Program-made: the position numbers and the translations under genes
Notes under the pieces: generated by a model
Database searches by the model: none
Told to the model about the DNA's origin: nothing
The model's input: the letters and a program-made list of their open reading frames with translations, nothing else
Shown: one piece after another, positions 11,801 through 22,240 of the stretch
Layout of the letters: each line of letters begins with the position of its first letter
Position numbering within the stretch: position 1 is the stretch's first letter
Assembly (NCBI RefSeq): GCF_028641065.1
Contig: NC_073406.1
Location: forward strand, 15,252,001-15,316,000
Direction: 5' to 3'
Source of the DNA: Leucoraja erinacea
Lineage: Eukaryota
Length of the DNA: 64,000 nucleotides

Positions 11801-14800
11801 TGAAATGAGAGATGTATGCAATTGTTTTACAGCCTGTGGTTTAAGAAAGTCCCATTATAGAAAATATGAAACTGAAACAGTAGGCCATTTCACCTCACAC
11901 TTGCTTCAACATTCTGTAAGATCATGGCTGATCATTACGTCTCACAGTATGATATAGTAGTACACTTCTCTCAGAGTAACCCTAGATTGCCTGGTTCTTC
12001 AACATCCAGTTGGTGCCACAGTCCCGGGTTTTCATCCATGGTTAAGATACGACCAAGATAGGAGCAGAATTAGGCCATTCGGCCCATCGAGTCTACTCTG
12101 CCATTCGATTATGTGACAGAACAGAATGATCTGCAAAGAGCTCAAAGGTTATTGTGCACTTCCCTCGTTTCTCCAAGACAGCGCTCAGAGTCAATAGTCT
12201 GAGTGTACTTGCTCTTTCTTGGCTGCTGACTACAGGAGTTGACAAAACACTCTTTAGGCAGGATGAGAAAAGGAATGTATACATCCAATTACAACTTAAA
12301 AACAAACTTTTATTTGGAACGTGGAAAAACAAAAGAACAAACTTTCTCTTTTAAACTTTGCACCTTTCACCTTAAAGCTGGGCCTTTAATATTTGACATT
12401 TCCACCCTGGGAAACAGATTCTGACTACCTACTGTATCTATGCCTCTCATGATTGTATATACTTCTATCAGGTCTTCCCTCAGTATCGAACGTTCCATAG
12501 GAAACAATCCGAGTTTGTCCAAGCTCTCCTTGCAGCTAATACCCTCTAATGCAGGCAGCACTTTGGTAAACCTCTTCTGCACCCTCATCGAAACCTCCGC
12601 ACCATTCCTAAAATGGGTGGCCAAATCTGCACACAGTACTCCAAATGACAGTGCTATCCACGTCGACCATGATAGCCCTTACAAGGACATGGGTGAATTT
12701 CTTTCTGTGGCAAACTTTCAACAAAATGTCTAATTGATTGCTTTTTCTCTGCCCAACGATTCAGCTCTCACTTTGGAAGTTATAATGAGCATCATTGTCT
12801 TCATCAGCCTCATCCTGCTCTGTCTATCAATTGGAGTGCACATCGTGAAGTGCAGGAGGAAAAGGATGGTAGAATTTGTGTTGTTACCAGGTAAATAAAA
12901 TGATGACTTGGTTGTCGAGTTTCCTTTTAATCTGGAACTGGTCTCCTGGCTGCAGTGAAGAGAGGGCACACGGCAGGTGGGGCTTCACTCAGTCATTTGA
13001 CAGAGAAACAGGAGAACAATGATCACTGGCACTGACTGATTTGTAGCCTGTGGCCTGACTGAAGTGGTGCAGAAGGCAGAAGTGGATGAGCGCACACCCA
13101 GATATCCCATTATCACGTGGGCCTGTAATGTAGTTTGAGACCAACTTCCGTGGGGCGTGGGGCAGTGGACATATTGTTCTGAGGATGGGAAACCTCCATT
13201 AGTTTCCACAAGGTCGTGCTACTTGACAGGCTGGAGCAGATTGGATCAGAAAACCTGGGAACTGTAGTGGTCTGGGATGTCGGGGGGGGTTGCAATGGAT
13301 GCCCTCTGATTGTTCTGCTCCTTTCACCCACTGTTTACCGAACCCCTGAAAGCGGCAATCAGTCAAATATAGAATAGTTCATAATAAGTTCATGATCATA
13401 AGCGCAGAAGTCTACGCTGCCGCTCAGTCATGGCTGATCTATCTTTTTCTCTCAAGTTATTAGATGTAGGCAGTATCTTAGTTTACAGGCTACTGAATAT
13501 ATTTTAGTTAAATGCCCATCTTAACACTAATGAATAGCATCATCATTGGCTTCCATTAAGTAGGGAGTGGGGCCCTGTTTTAGACATCTTGAATGTAAGT
13601 GTCAGCGCTATCTATGTCTGCCTCTCCAATGGCGCTGTGCCCTCCTCTCCTCCAGCGGCACCATGCATTCCCTGTGTACTCCCGCCTCCTTTGCCGCTAT
13701 GCACTCCATCTCCTCCTCTGGTGCTATGTGCTCCCTATACTCTGGCATTGAGTGCTCCCTCTGCTCCTCTGGTGTCATGGCTTCCTCCACCTCCGGCTCT
13801 GCATTCTCTCATCGTCCGACATGTTGTACACTCTATCCTCTGCACTTTACTCTCCCTCTCCTCCTGCGTGCTGGGTGCTCCCTCCTCTTCTGCTGCTGTG
13901 CACTCTCTTCTCTGGTGCTGTGTGCTCCCTCCACCAACCCTCTGCTGATGCTGTGTAGAGGACCCCAGGCCTCAGTCTTCAGTTGTTTACTATTTATTTC
14001 ATTGAACAGGAGAAGGGGCCAAACTGTAAGCTTTCTAAGTTTGCCAATGATGTGATATTCAGTGTTGGGGCATTGTAATAGAATGCTACTAGAATGTAGT
14101 AGCACATAGGGAGATTCCCCAGTTTGTTCCTGGAATAAATGGGTCCTATCAAGAGACGTTAGACAGTTTGGGTCTGTATTGCTCATAGTTTAGAAAAATG
14201 AGGTGTGACATTAAGATATATAAAATGAAGATGAAGCATGGCAGCTTAGATGTTGAGGTTTTTCATGAGGGAGAATCTTGAAAAAGTGGGCATAATTAAA
14301 AGATGAGGGGCCAGTTGAGGGGTATTGAATCTTTGAAATTCCCCACAGAGTTGTAGAGGCCAGATCATTGTAAATATTTAAGGTAGGGGTAGTTACGTAA
14401 AATTGGAGAATTCAATTGTTCATACCATTCGGTTAGAAACTACCTAAGCAGAATGAGTGGAATACTCTTAATGTCCTGTGTTCCACCTGCCTTTCCACCA
14501 CATTCCCCCTTCGTGCCACTGTGTAGATCAAGACCATTCTATGCACACTGCTCTGGAGTGGAACTTGAATCCAGAACCTTTGACCTCCTGTGAGCATGAG
14601 TACCACCGAGCCCTGGCAGCTGATCATAATGTTATTTCGGAAGGGAAATAAGTGAATGGATAATCATTATTTACTGTTATTTTCTTATTATTTTAAACTT
14701 TCCCAGTGACAGATAAAACACAAGCAGCACTTCCTACATTGTCTGAAGACACCATCACCATCCGCCACCCAGAACAGGAATGTGGAGGGCCGCCTCAGCC

Positions 14801-14852
14801 ACAAAAATTGTGCAAGGAGCACACCAGTGTGGAAGACCCTTGTGGATGCTGA
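2736..14852 (+). CDS. TNFRSF4: TNF receptor superfamily member, OX40/TNFRSF4-like, 265 aa; join(2736..2862,7001..7126,8598..8702,10319..10391,11589..11683,12765..12890,14707..14852)
   Basis: Seven GT-AG exons with consistent phases (1,1,1,2,1,1) total 798 nt with no stop. Encodes signal peptide, Cys-rich domains with 20 Cys in the mature ectodomain, TM helix, basic stop-transfer KCRRKR and TRAF-type motif PEQE. GVESIPCSTGTFS..PCQLWTNCTSLGQVEIVPANQTSDAICD resembles OX40 GVDCAPCPPGHFS..CKPWTNCT..PASNSSDAICED. The symbol is tentative; TNFRSF9 or TNFRSF18 are not excluded. Confidence 0.8.
3785..4046 (-). mobile_element. PLE 3' fragment nested in the hAT element
   Basis: Pseudo-LTR motif (gacgtttcgg...cagact on +). 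Minus strand about 3990-4045 reads FRLFSLYLSSINIGFSNL, similar to the end of a PLE endonuclease. Confidence 0.65.
4050..5260 (+). pseudogene. hAT transposase remnant (frameshifts and stops)
   Basis: ORFs 3955-4242, 4259-4771 and 4829-5227 are successive pieces of one transposase. Confidence 0.8.
5815..6275 (+). mobile_element. Rex1/Babar LINE 3' fragment ending in a (CATT)n microsatellite
   Basis: THPQFGLFILLNSGRRYRSMKSGTTRFCNSFIPQAIRLLN matches the C-terminus of the 41469-42893 ORF. (CATT)n tract at about 6173-6275. Confidence 0.75.
6393..6977. mobile_element. PIF/Harbinger-type MITE
   Basis: TIRs AGCCCCTGTCCCACTT and AAGTGGGACAGGCCCT (14/16 match), TTA TSD on both sides (6390-6392, 6978-6980), internal GTCGTA arrays. 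Confidence 0.8.
7001..7126 (+). CDS. TNFRSF4: TNFRSF4-like exon 2 (CRD1/CRD2)
   Basis: ttttccag|GNYLEKECTAHSDSTCATCPKGSYSEQWNNIYSCFRCDECGY|gtaatg. Confidence 0.9.
7213..7385. mobile_element. Inverted pair of PLE pseudo-LTR fragments
   Basis: gtgaggcagcatctatggagcaaaggaaataggcaacgtt is answered by aacgttgcccatttcctttgctccattgttgctgcctcac. Confidence 0.7.
8275..8565 (-). mobile_element. HE1-like V-SINE (tRNA-derived)
   Basis: Reverse complement of the SINE at 15105-15395 (gagttgctgcctt...ctgtctgtacggagtttgt), with a CR1-like 3' tail. Confidence 0.7.
8598..8702 (+). CDS. TNFRSF4: TNFRSF4-like exon 3 (end of CRD2 + 4-Cys CRD3 module)
   Basis: ttgcagcag|GMKYKRNCTSISNAQCECSDGYVCKDSNCRSCILP|gtaaac. 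The alternative acceptor at 8595 is also in frame. Confidence 0.88.
8915..10235. mobile_element. Cluster of CR1 3' fragments (8915-9240 plus; 9795-10235 minus) and PLE fragments (9285-9790)
   Basis: CR1 3' UTR with (GAAACATA)n tail on the minus strand; PLE ctgaagaaggg...gaaacgtc motifs; internal inverted repeat between 9466-9560 and 9575-9665. Confidence 0.7.
10319..10391 (+). CDS. TNFRSF4: TNFRSF4-like exon 4 (start of CRD4)
   Basis: tattgcag|GVESIPCSTGTFSTTGTRPCQLWT(N)|gtaagg, phase 1 to 2. Confidence 0.88.
11589..11683 (+). CDS. TNFRSF4: TNFRSF4-like exon 5 (end of CRD4 + short stalk)
   Basis: ttttacaag|(N)CTSLGQVEIVPANQTSDAICDYIHHTQIRQK|gtaagc, phase 2 to 1. Confidence 0.85.
12355..12648 (-). 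mobile_element. CR1 LINE ORF2 C-terminal fragment
   Basis: RVQKRFTKVLPALEGISCKESLDKLGLFPMERSILREDLIEVY... Confidence 0.75.
12765..12890 (+). CDS. TNFRSF4: TNFRSF4-like exon 6 (transmembrane helix)
   Basis: ttcag|SLTLEVIMSIIVFISLILLCLSIGVHIVKCRRKRMVEFVLLP|gtaaat. Confidence 0.85.
13615..13950. repeat. Degenerate CT-rich minisatellite (unit about 20-25 bp, gctgtgtgctccctcctcc-like)
   Basis: Recurrent ctgtg(c/t)gctc(c/t)ctcctc motifs. The same repeat occurs at about 17700-17900, 19845-20045 and 20440-21490. Confidence 0.6.
14707..14852 (+). CDS. TNFRSF4: TNFRSF4-like exon 7 (cytoplasmic tail, TRAF-binding motif)
   Basis: tttcccag|VTDKTQAALPTLSEDTITIRHPEQECGGPPQPQKLCKEHTSVEDPCGC*. Confidence 0.82.
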
Positions 14853-15104
14853 CCCTGGGCATTTGTGCAGCTTCACTGACCTTGGGTTCCATGTTCGCTG
14901 TTGCTTGAATTGCACTATAATTTGCTAGAATGCTGAATGGGAATGTCATATCACATTCATGAACTCTTGGCTACTGTTTCTAATAGCTGATTTCTAATGG
15001 CAAGGAATGATGGAAGAAAAGCAGTTGAGAGAGGGAATTAAGGATTAGGGCAATGGTTCATTAAATGTACTGACATACTCATGAGTAGAATGGAAGGAAA
15101 AACA

Positions 15105-15398
15105 AAGTCAGAGGTAGAGTTGCTGCCTTACAGCGCCAGAGACATGGGTTTGATCCAGACGACAGGTGCTGTCTGTATGGAGTTTGTACATTCTCCTGGT
15201 GACCTGCGTGGGTTTTCTCCGGGTGCTCTGGTTTCCTCCTACACTCCAAACACGTACAGGTTTGTGGGCTAATTGGCTTGGTAAAATTGTACATTGTCCC
15301 TAGTGTGCAGGATAGTGCTAGTGTATGGGGTGATCACTGGTCAGTATGGACTTGATGGGGCGAAGGGCCTGTTTCTGCACCATATCTCTCAACTAAAA
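15105..15398 (+). mobile_element. HE1-like V-SINE
   Basis: ggtagagttgctgccttacagcgccagagac head with B-box-like gggtttgatcc; V-domain-like gcgtgggttttctccgggtgctctggtttcctcc; CR1-like tail gaagggcctgtttctg. Confidence 0.75.
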
Positions 15399-17281
15399 AA
15401 ATGCGGTCTGGATGATAAGTAACTGACAGAATGGATTAAACAAATAAAGGAGGCACATGACCAACGTCAGGTGAGAATGAGACTATTTATTGTAAGCAGA
15501 GGCACTGAATATGTTAGCAGGGAAGTAAAGATGGAACACCAGTCTGTACACTAGCTTGGCCACAGCCTGAGCACCGTCGACAGTTCTGCTCGTATCATTT
15601 GAATGTGCAATTTCATGGAAGAGTCTGCAGTGAATGCCCAGTTGCTCTATCCAAGGTCCTCAACATTTTATTCACCTGAATTGTCTTTCCTTGGACTCCT
15701 CCGTCCTCAGCCGATCTGAGCCTTCTCATAGCGACAGTTTTCCAGTCTGTGGAGATTGTGGGAGGATCCAGTTCTGTTTCCAGGGGGATTTCAAACCAGG
15801 AATGTAGGTTTAAAGTAATTGGCAAAGGACCAGATTGGAACAAAGAAAATCACCCAAGGATGGTGGGGCAAAACATTTGTGACATTTGTATAAATAACCC
15901 ACATTAGAGACTAATTGTCCAAATTGTGGAATGAAGTGTTTGTTGGCAACATGGGTTAAAAAATGGTGGTTCAACATCAGAGGGTCATGGTACACAATTA
16001 TCTGGTGTTCCCCAAATGTTTGTTCTAGGACTACAACTTTGATATATAGTAATTAGTTAGTTAAGGTATGTAGGGTAAAGTTTCTAAATTTGCAGATGGA
16101 AGTCTGGTAAACCATGAAGAGGATGATGGATCAAAGGGGCAAGGCTGGAATAGGCACACAAGTGGCAGATTAAGTTTCATGGAGAGAAATGATACATTTG
16201 GCAGAAGGAAGAGATGATATAGACCAGTTTTACAGGGTGTGTGGAAACAGAGGAAATGTGTGGAACCAGAAATGTGTGAAAGATCTACCATTTGTGGAAC
16301 AAGTTCATCGGGCAATGGTCTGTGTGGGATGTCCTCGAGACGTGGTGAATCCTACTGAGTGGGAAGGAACTGCAGATGCTGGTTTAGATCGAAGATAGAC
16401 ACAAAATGCTGGAGTAACTCAGCGGGACAGGCAGCATCCCTGGAGAGAAAGAATGGGTGATGTTTCGGGTCTGTGGAACGGTCTTGACCCGAAACATCAC
16501 CCATTCCTTTTCTCCAGAGATGCTGCCTGTCCCGCCGAGTTACTCCAGCATCTTGTGTCTATCTTTGGTGAATCCTACTGATAGTCACTTGGTAGAATGC
16601 CTCATTATTAGGTCACTCAAACAATCTAAGACCGTGGGAAAGGTCCTTCCCCTCAGAGCCTTCGTGCAGTAGGAATCTCACCACCGTTATGAGCTGAGTT
16701 ATAATGGTAGAGTACCAAACTTTCCCGTCGCACCGCAAGACCAGAAACTGCGGCTTTCTGCAAGGACAATGTCTACATTGGAAAGTGTGTTTGGAATGTA
16801 AATGTCAGTTCCGTATTCTCAGTGGAGTGAGACATGCTGATGTCATACAATGTCTGTACTTGAACAAGATGAAGCATGTTGACCTTTATGACCTGTAACA
16901 ATTTGTCTACTGTAACATAATCTGACAAATTTGATAAATTAAATAAAGTTTTGGACAAAATATCATTCACTTGGGTCCAGTCCATGCACTCGGCCTGTTG
17001 GAGCAGCACCCGATCCAGCTGAGCCCCAGCACTGTGGGGCCTCCAACAGCCCAGTCCACCATCGATGCAGTGCGCTCCCTCCCGTCGCCAGTCTGCTCAC
17101 TGGCTGTCTGTCCGACTCCTTCCACCCTTCAGCGGCATGGGTCTTCGATCCGCGGCGAGCGAACTGGGGCTTCAGGGCAGTTCCAGGACCGTGGCAATTC
17201 CTGGGCGACCCGGGCGACTCCTCCATCTGCAGCGGGCGCGTCCTCAGCCCTCGGCGGGTGAACCAGGCCGGTCCTTGGACC

Positions 17282-17640
17282 CAAAGATCTTATAGCGAAG
17301 CTTCGCTATAAGATCTTTGCTTGTTATATACATTTATATAATTTTCATGTATGTGTGTTTATAAACATTTTATTCCTTAACAAGAATCAACAGAATTATA
17401 AACTAACAGAATTATGAATCTAACCCTATAATCACGCACAAAAAGTCCCCCCTGTCAATCACCCTGCGAGTCGGGTCGGTTCCGGTTACTACAAACACTG
17501 CTTGTGAGCCATTGAAAAAGAAATGATTTAAAAAACATTAAAAAAGACAATTACCAGAATCAAATTTTGTTCTTGACAAGAAGTTTGAACTGACAGATTT
17601 ATGAATCTGACCCACACAAACTGTCGCTATAAGATCTTTG
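17282..17640. mobile_element. Non-autonomous TIR element (hAT- or P-like) starting with a perfect 38-bp palindrome
   Basis: TIRs CAAAGATCTTATAGCGA and TCGCTATAAGATCTTTG; exact 8-bp TSD CTTGGACC (17274-17281, 17641-17648). Confidence 0.85.
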
Positions 17641-19414
17641 CTTGGACCGTGGCTCAGTTCCCTCCTCCGCCCGAAGCCACGTGCTCTTTGTCCTCCAACA
17701 CCTCGGGTCACGACCGTTCCCTCTCCACTGACGCTGTGCACTCTCGTCTAGGGCACCGTGTGCTCTCTCTTCCGGAGCTGTGCGCGCACTCTCCGCCAGC
17801 ACAGAGTGAGTGCGTTCTCTCCGCCAGCAGTGGGTACGCGCTCTCCCCTCCACTGTGACTACTCCCCTCCAGTACTGTACGCGCTCTCGTCACCAGCACT
17901 CGGGTGAAGAGAGATTGCACGGATGTTCTGCGGTCTCTCAGTAGAGGCGATGGTTGTCTCGGGCTTCGTGCCACCAACCCACTCTTGAGTTTGTCCCAGT
18001 GGCTCAGTCTTGCTCAAACTTGTGGAATGAAGTGTGGAATGAAGTGTTTGTTGGCAACATGGGTTAAAAAATGGTGGTTCAACATCAGAGGGTCATGGTA
18101 CACAATTATCTGGTGTTCCCCAAATGTTTGTTCTAGCACTACAACTTTGATATATAGTAATTAGTTAGTTAAGGTATGTAGGGTAAAGTTTCTAAGTTTG
18201 CAGATGGAAGTCTGGTAAACCATGAAGAGGATGATGGATCAAAGGGGCAAGGCTGGATGGAATAGGCACGCAAGTGGCAGATGAAGTTTCATGGAGAGAA
18301 ATTATACATTTGGCAGAAGGAAGAGATGATATAGACCAGTTTTATAAGGTGTGCGGAAACAGAGGGAATATGTGGAACCAGAAATGTGTAAAAGATCTAC
18401 CATTTGTGGAACAAGTTCATCGGGCAATGGTCTGTGTGGGATGTCCTCAAGACGTGGTGAATCCTACTGAGTAGGAAGGAACTGCAGATGCTGGTTTAAA
18501 TCGAAGATAGACACAAAATGCTGGAGTAACTCAGCGGGACAGGCAGCATCCCTGGAGAGAAAGGATGGGTGATGTTTCGGGTCTGTGGAACGGTCTTGAA
18601 CCGAAACATCACCCATTCCTTTTCTCCAGAGATGCTGCCTGTCCCGCTGAGTTACTCCAGCATCTTGTGTCTATCTTTGGTGAATCCTACTGATAGTCAC
18701 TTGGTAGAATGCCTCATTATTAGGTCACTCAAACAATCTAAGACCGTGGGAAAGGTCCTTCCCCTCAGAGCCTTCGTGCAGTAGGAATCTCACCACCGTT
18801 ATGAGCTGAGTTATAATGGTAGAGTACCAAACTTTCCAGTCGCACCGCAAGACCAGAAACTGCGGCTTTCTGCAAGGACAATGTCTACATTGGAAAGTGT
18901 GTTGGAATGTAAATGTCAGTTCCGTTTTCTCAGTGGAGTGAGACATGCTGATGTCATACAATGTCTGGACTTGAACAAGATGAAGCATGTTGACCTTTAT
19001 GACCTGTAACAATGTGTCTACTGTAACATAATCTGACAAATTTGATAAATTAAATAAAGTTTTGGACAAAATATCATTCACTTGGGCCCAGTCCATGCAC
19101 TCGGCCTGTTGGAGCAGCACCCGATCCAGCTGAGTCCCAGCCTTGTGGGGCCTCCAACAGCCCAGTCCACCATCGATGCAGTGCGCTTCCTCCCGTCGCC
19201 AGTCTGCTCACTGGCCGTCTGTCCGACTCCTTGCACCCTTCAGCGGCATGGGTCTTCGATCCGCGGCGAGCGAACGGGGGCTTCAGGGCAGTTCCAGGAC
19301 CGTGGCAATTCCTGGGCAACCCGGGCGACTCCTCCATCTGCAGCGGACGAGTCCTCGGTCTGCAGCGGGCGCGTCCTCAGCCCTCGGCGGGTGAACCAGG
19401 CCGGTCCTTGGACC

Positions 19415-19785
19415 CAAAGATCTTATAGCGAAGCTTCGCTATAAGATCTTTGCTTGTTATATACATTTATATAATTTTCATGTATGTGTGTTTATAAACA
19501 TTTTATTCCTTAACAAGAATCAACAGAATTATGAACTAACAGAATTATGAATCTAACCCTATAATCACGCACAAAAAGTCCCCCCCTGTCAATCACCCTG
19601 CGAGTCGGGTCGGTTCCGGTTACTACAAAATCAACTCAAACACTGTTTGTGAGCCATTTAAAAAGAAATGATTTAAAAAACATTAAAAAAGACAATTACC
19701 AGAATCAAATTTTGTTCTTGACAAGAAGTTTGAACTGACAGATTTATGAATCTGACCCACACAAACTGTCGCTATAAGATCTTTG
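19415..19785. mobile_element. Duplicate copy of the CAAAGATCTTATAGCGA TIR element
   Basis: Same TIRs and CTTGGACC TSD (19407-19414, 19786-19793), inside duplication copy B. Confidence 0.85.
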
Positions 19786-20439
19786 CTTGGACCGTGGCTC
19801 AGTTCCCTCCTCCGCCCGAAGCCACGTGCTCTTTGTCCTCCAACACCTCGGGTCACGACCGTTCCCTCTCCACTGACGCTGTGCACTCTCGTCTAGGGCA
19901 CCGTGTGCTCTCTCTTCCGGAGCTGTGTGTGTACTCTCCGCCAACACAGAGTGAGTGCGTTCTCTCCGCCAGCAGTGGGTACGCGCTCTCCCCTCCACTG
20001 TGACTACTCCCCTCCAGTACTGTACGCGCTCTCGTCACCAGCACTCGGGTGAAGAGAGATTGCACGGATGTTCTGCGGTCTCTCAGTAGAGGCGATGGTT
20101 GTCTCGGGCTTCGTGCCACCAACCCACTCTTGAGTTTGTCCCAGTGGCTCAGTCTTGCTCAAACATGCGACAGAAGAACATAGCTAGCAGGGAGGCATCC
20201 CACTTCCTATCCATTCCTCTCTCTTCTTTCTTTCTTCCTTCTTTCTTTCATGTTTTGTCTCTCACCTTCTTCCTTCTCTCCTCTGGCTGGACTGCCTGGG
20301 TTTTACAAGGTGTGAACTAATGAAGTTTGGCATAATGGACCTACTGTTACCAATGATGCCGGGAATTAGCCTCTCAGGCAACTGTCAGGCAGTGAAGGGG
20401 ATCAGAGTGGCATCCAATGGAAGGGGCAGTATCACAATG

Positions 20440-21490
20440 CGCCCGCTCTCTTTTGGATGTGCGTGTGCTCCCTCCACAAAGGCTGGCACTCTACCAGTGC
20501 TGTGCGCTCCCTCTACCGACGACATACGCTCCATCCACAGATAATGTGTGCTGTCTCCTCCGGCAAGGTGTGAACACTCTCATCCAACAACTGCGTGCGC
20601 GCTATCCATTGGCGTTGTGTGCTCCCTGCGCCAACACAATGTGTGCTCTCTCATTCTGCATTGTGCGCTCCATCTTCTAGCGCTGTGCTCTCTCTCCCCT
20701 CAGGAGCGGCGTGCTCTCTACTCCAGCGCTATATCCCTCAATAGGAGGAACAGTGTTATCCCTTCTACAGGAAGGCCATCTACAAATTGCTTTGGAAAAC
20801 TTTCCTGGACACAATTAACACATTCCAGCTCGTGCAAGCCCTTAGCACTATAACACTCCCAGTCAATATCCGGGACGTTAAAATCATTTGATAAAACAGC
20901 CCTATTAATCTTACAGCTAATCCCCTGTTGGAGTGTGCACCATTCTGTTCCAGCACTGTGTGCTACCTCTCCTCCAGTGCTGTGTGCACACTCCACCGTG
21001 CAGTATAGTCTCTCCGACACTGTGTACCTTCTCTCCTCCAACAATGTGCGCTCTTTCTTAAGCACTGGGTGCATTCTCTCCTCCACCAAAGCATACACCC
21101 TCTCCTCTGGCGCTGTGCACTCTCTGCTTCAGCACTGTACACTCCCTCCACTGTGTATGCTTTCTCTTCTGGCACAGTCAGTGTGTGCTCTCTCCTCTGG
21201 CTTTACGTGTTCCCTCTCCTCTGGCGCTTTGTGCTCGCTCTCCTCCGGCATTGGACGCTTCTTGCGCTCTATCCTCTGCACAGCGTGCAATCTCTCCTCG
21301 GTGACTGTGTGCTCTCTCTCTCTCTCCACTGACACTGCGCACTCCATCTAGTTGCCATGGACGCCCTGACCACCAGCACTGTGTGTGCTCTCCCTTTAGG
21401 CACTGTATGTTCTCTCTCTCTCCTCCAACACAGCACTCCAATGACATTGTGTGCTCCCTCCACCAGCGCTGTATGCTCGTTTTATGGATG
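20440..21490. repeat. Degenerate CT-rich minisatellite interrupted by a CR1 endonuclease fragment (about 20730-20930, minus)
   Basis: Repeated ctgtgtgctctctcctcc variants. Minus strand reads NDFNVPDIDWECYSAKGLHELECVNCVQESF (CR1 endonuclease-like). Confidence 0.6.
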
Positions 21491-21544
21491 CTGCGAGCTC
21501 ACATCTATGGATGCTGAAATCTCACCTTCCCGATCGGCCCTCCC

Positions 21545-22240
21545 CACTCCCTGCCCTTTCCCCCTGGAATCAGGAAAGCTATACAGCATCGTGAACTCTA
21601 GTGCATGGCCAATGCAAGGCTTATATCTGCACCAATGACGATGGAGTCCCCTCTAACTATTGATCGCCCAGACATTTCCTTATTACGTCAACCAACACGT
21701 AGAACCGGTCGTGCTGGTTGTTCTGGCTGTTCCTGAGAAACCATCTAGCCAACAGGATACAAAATGATATATATATTCTGATTGAGGAACAACCACAGGA
21801 GAGGCTTGCACTACTTGCCTGGCCCTTCTGATGGTCAATCGTCTAACTGATTCAACATTTGGCATAACCACGGCTCTGAAACTCCTGTCTGTCTCACTCT
21901 CTGCCTCCTGTACGCTCCTCTGTGAGTACAACTGCCGGTCTAACCAATCCATCTAGACTGAGAGGAGTGGTAGACACACTTCCTGCAGACATAGTTGTCA
22001 GGGAGAGTTGACTGTCACCTGATCTTCCACATCTCACAGGAGCTGTCCGCACCTTTGAAGTCCCTTTAACAAAGAGCAAACTTAAGGAAAAGGAAAAATC
22101 TTACTTCGACTTACATAAATGCTGCTCGTCTTCCTAACCGAAGCCCACTCTTCACCAAAGCTCGCTCTTTAATCTACCAGCAGCCCTTCGCCCTCAAAAC
22201 AGTCCATCCCAAAATAGCTGCCTCACTGCAGGCCACCTTG
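21545..22240 (-). mobile_element. Decayed CR1 5' region/ORF1
   Basis: QEAESETDRSFRAVVMPNVESVRRLTIRRARQVVQASPVVVP resembles elasmobranch CR1 ORF1. Confidence 0.55.

Larger units (their letters stand above)
15924..20164. repeat. Tandem duplication of about 2.1 kb (copy A 15924-18019, copy B 18020-20164)
   Basis: Both copies start ttgtggaatgaagtg and end cagtcttgctcaaac. They are near-identical apart from scattered SNPs and small indels, and the ORF track repeats accordingly. Confidence 0.95.

Noticed and set aside
13567-14055. Cys/Ser/Leu-rich ORFs (also 20935-21351 and neighbours)
   Set aside because: Translations of a degenerate CT-rich minisatellite with no TNFR-type Cys spacing.
14838-14852. 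C-terminal CGC resembling a CxC prenylation motif
   Set aside because: CxC geranylgeranylation needs a Rab fold recognised by REP, so it is unlikely for a receptor tail.
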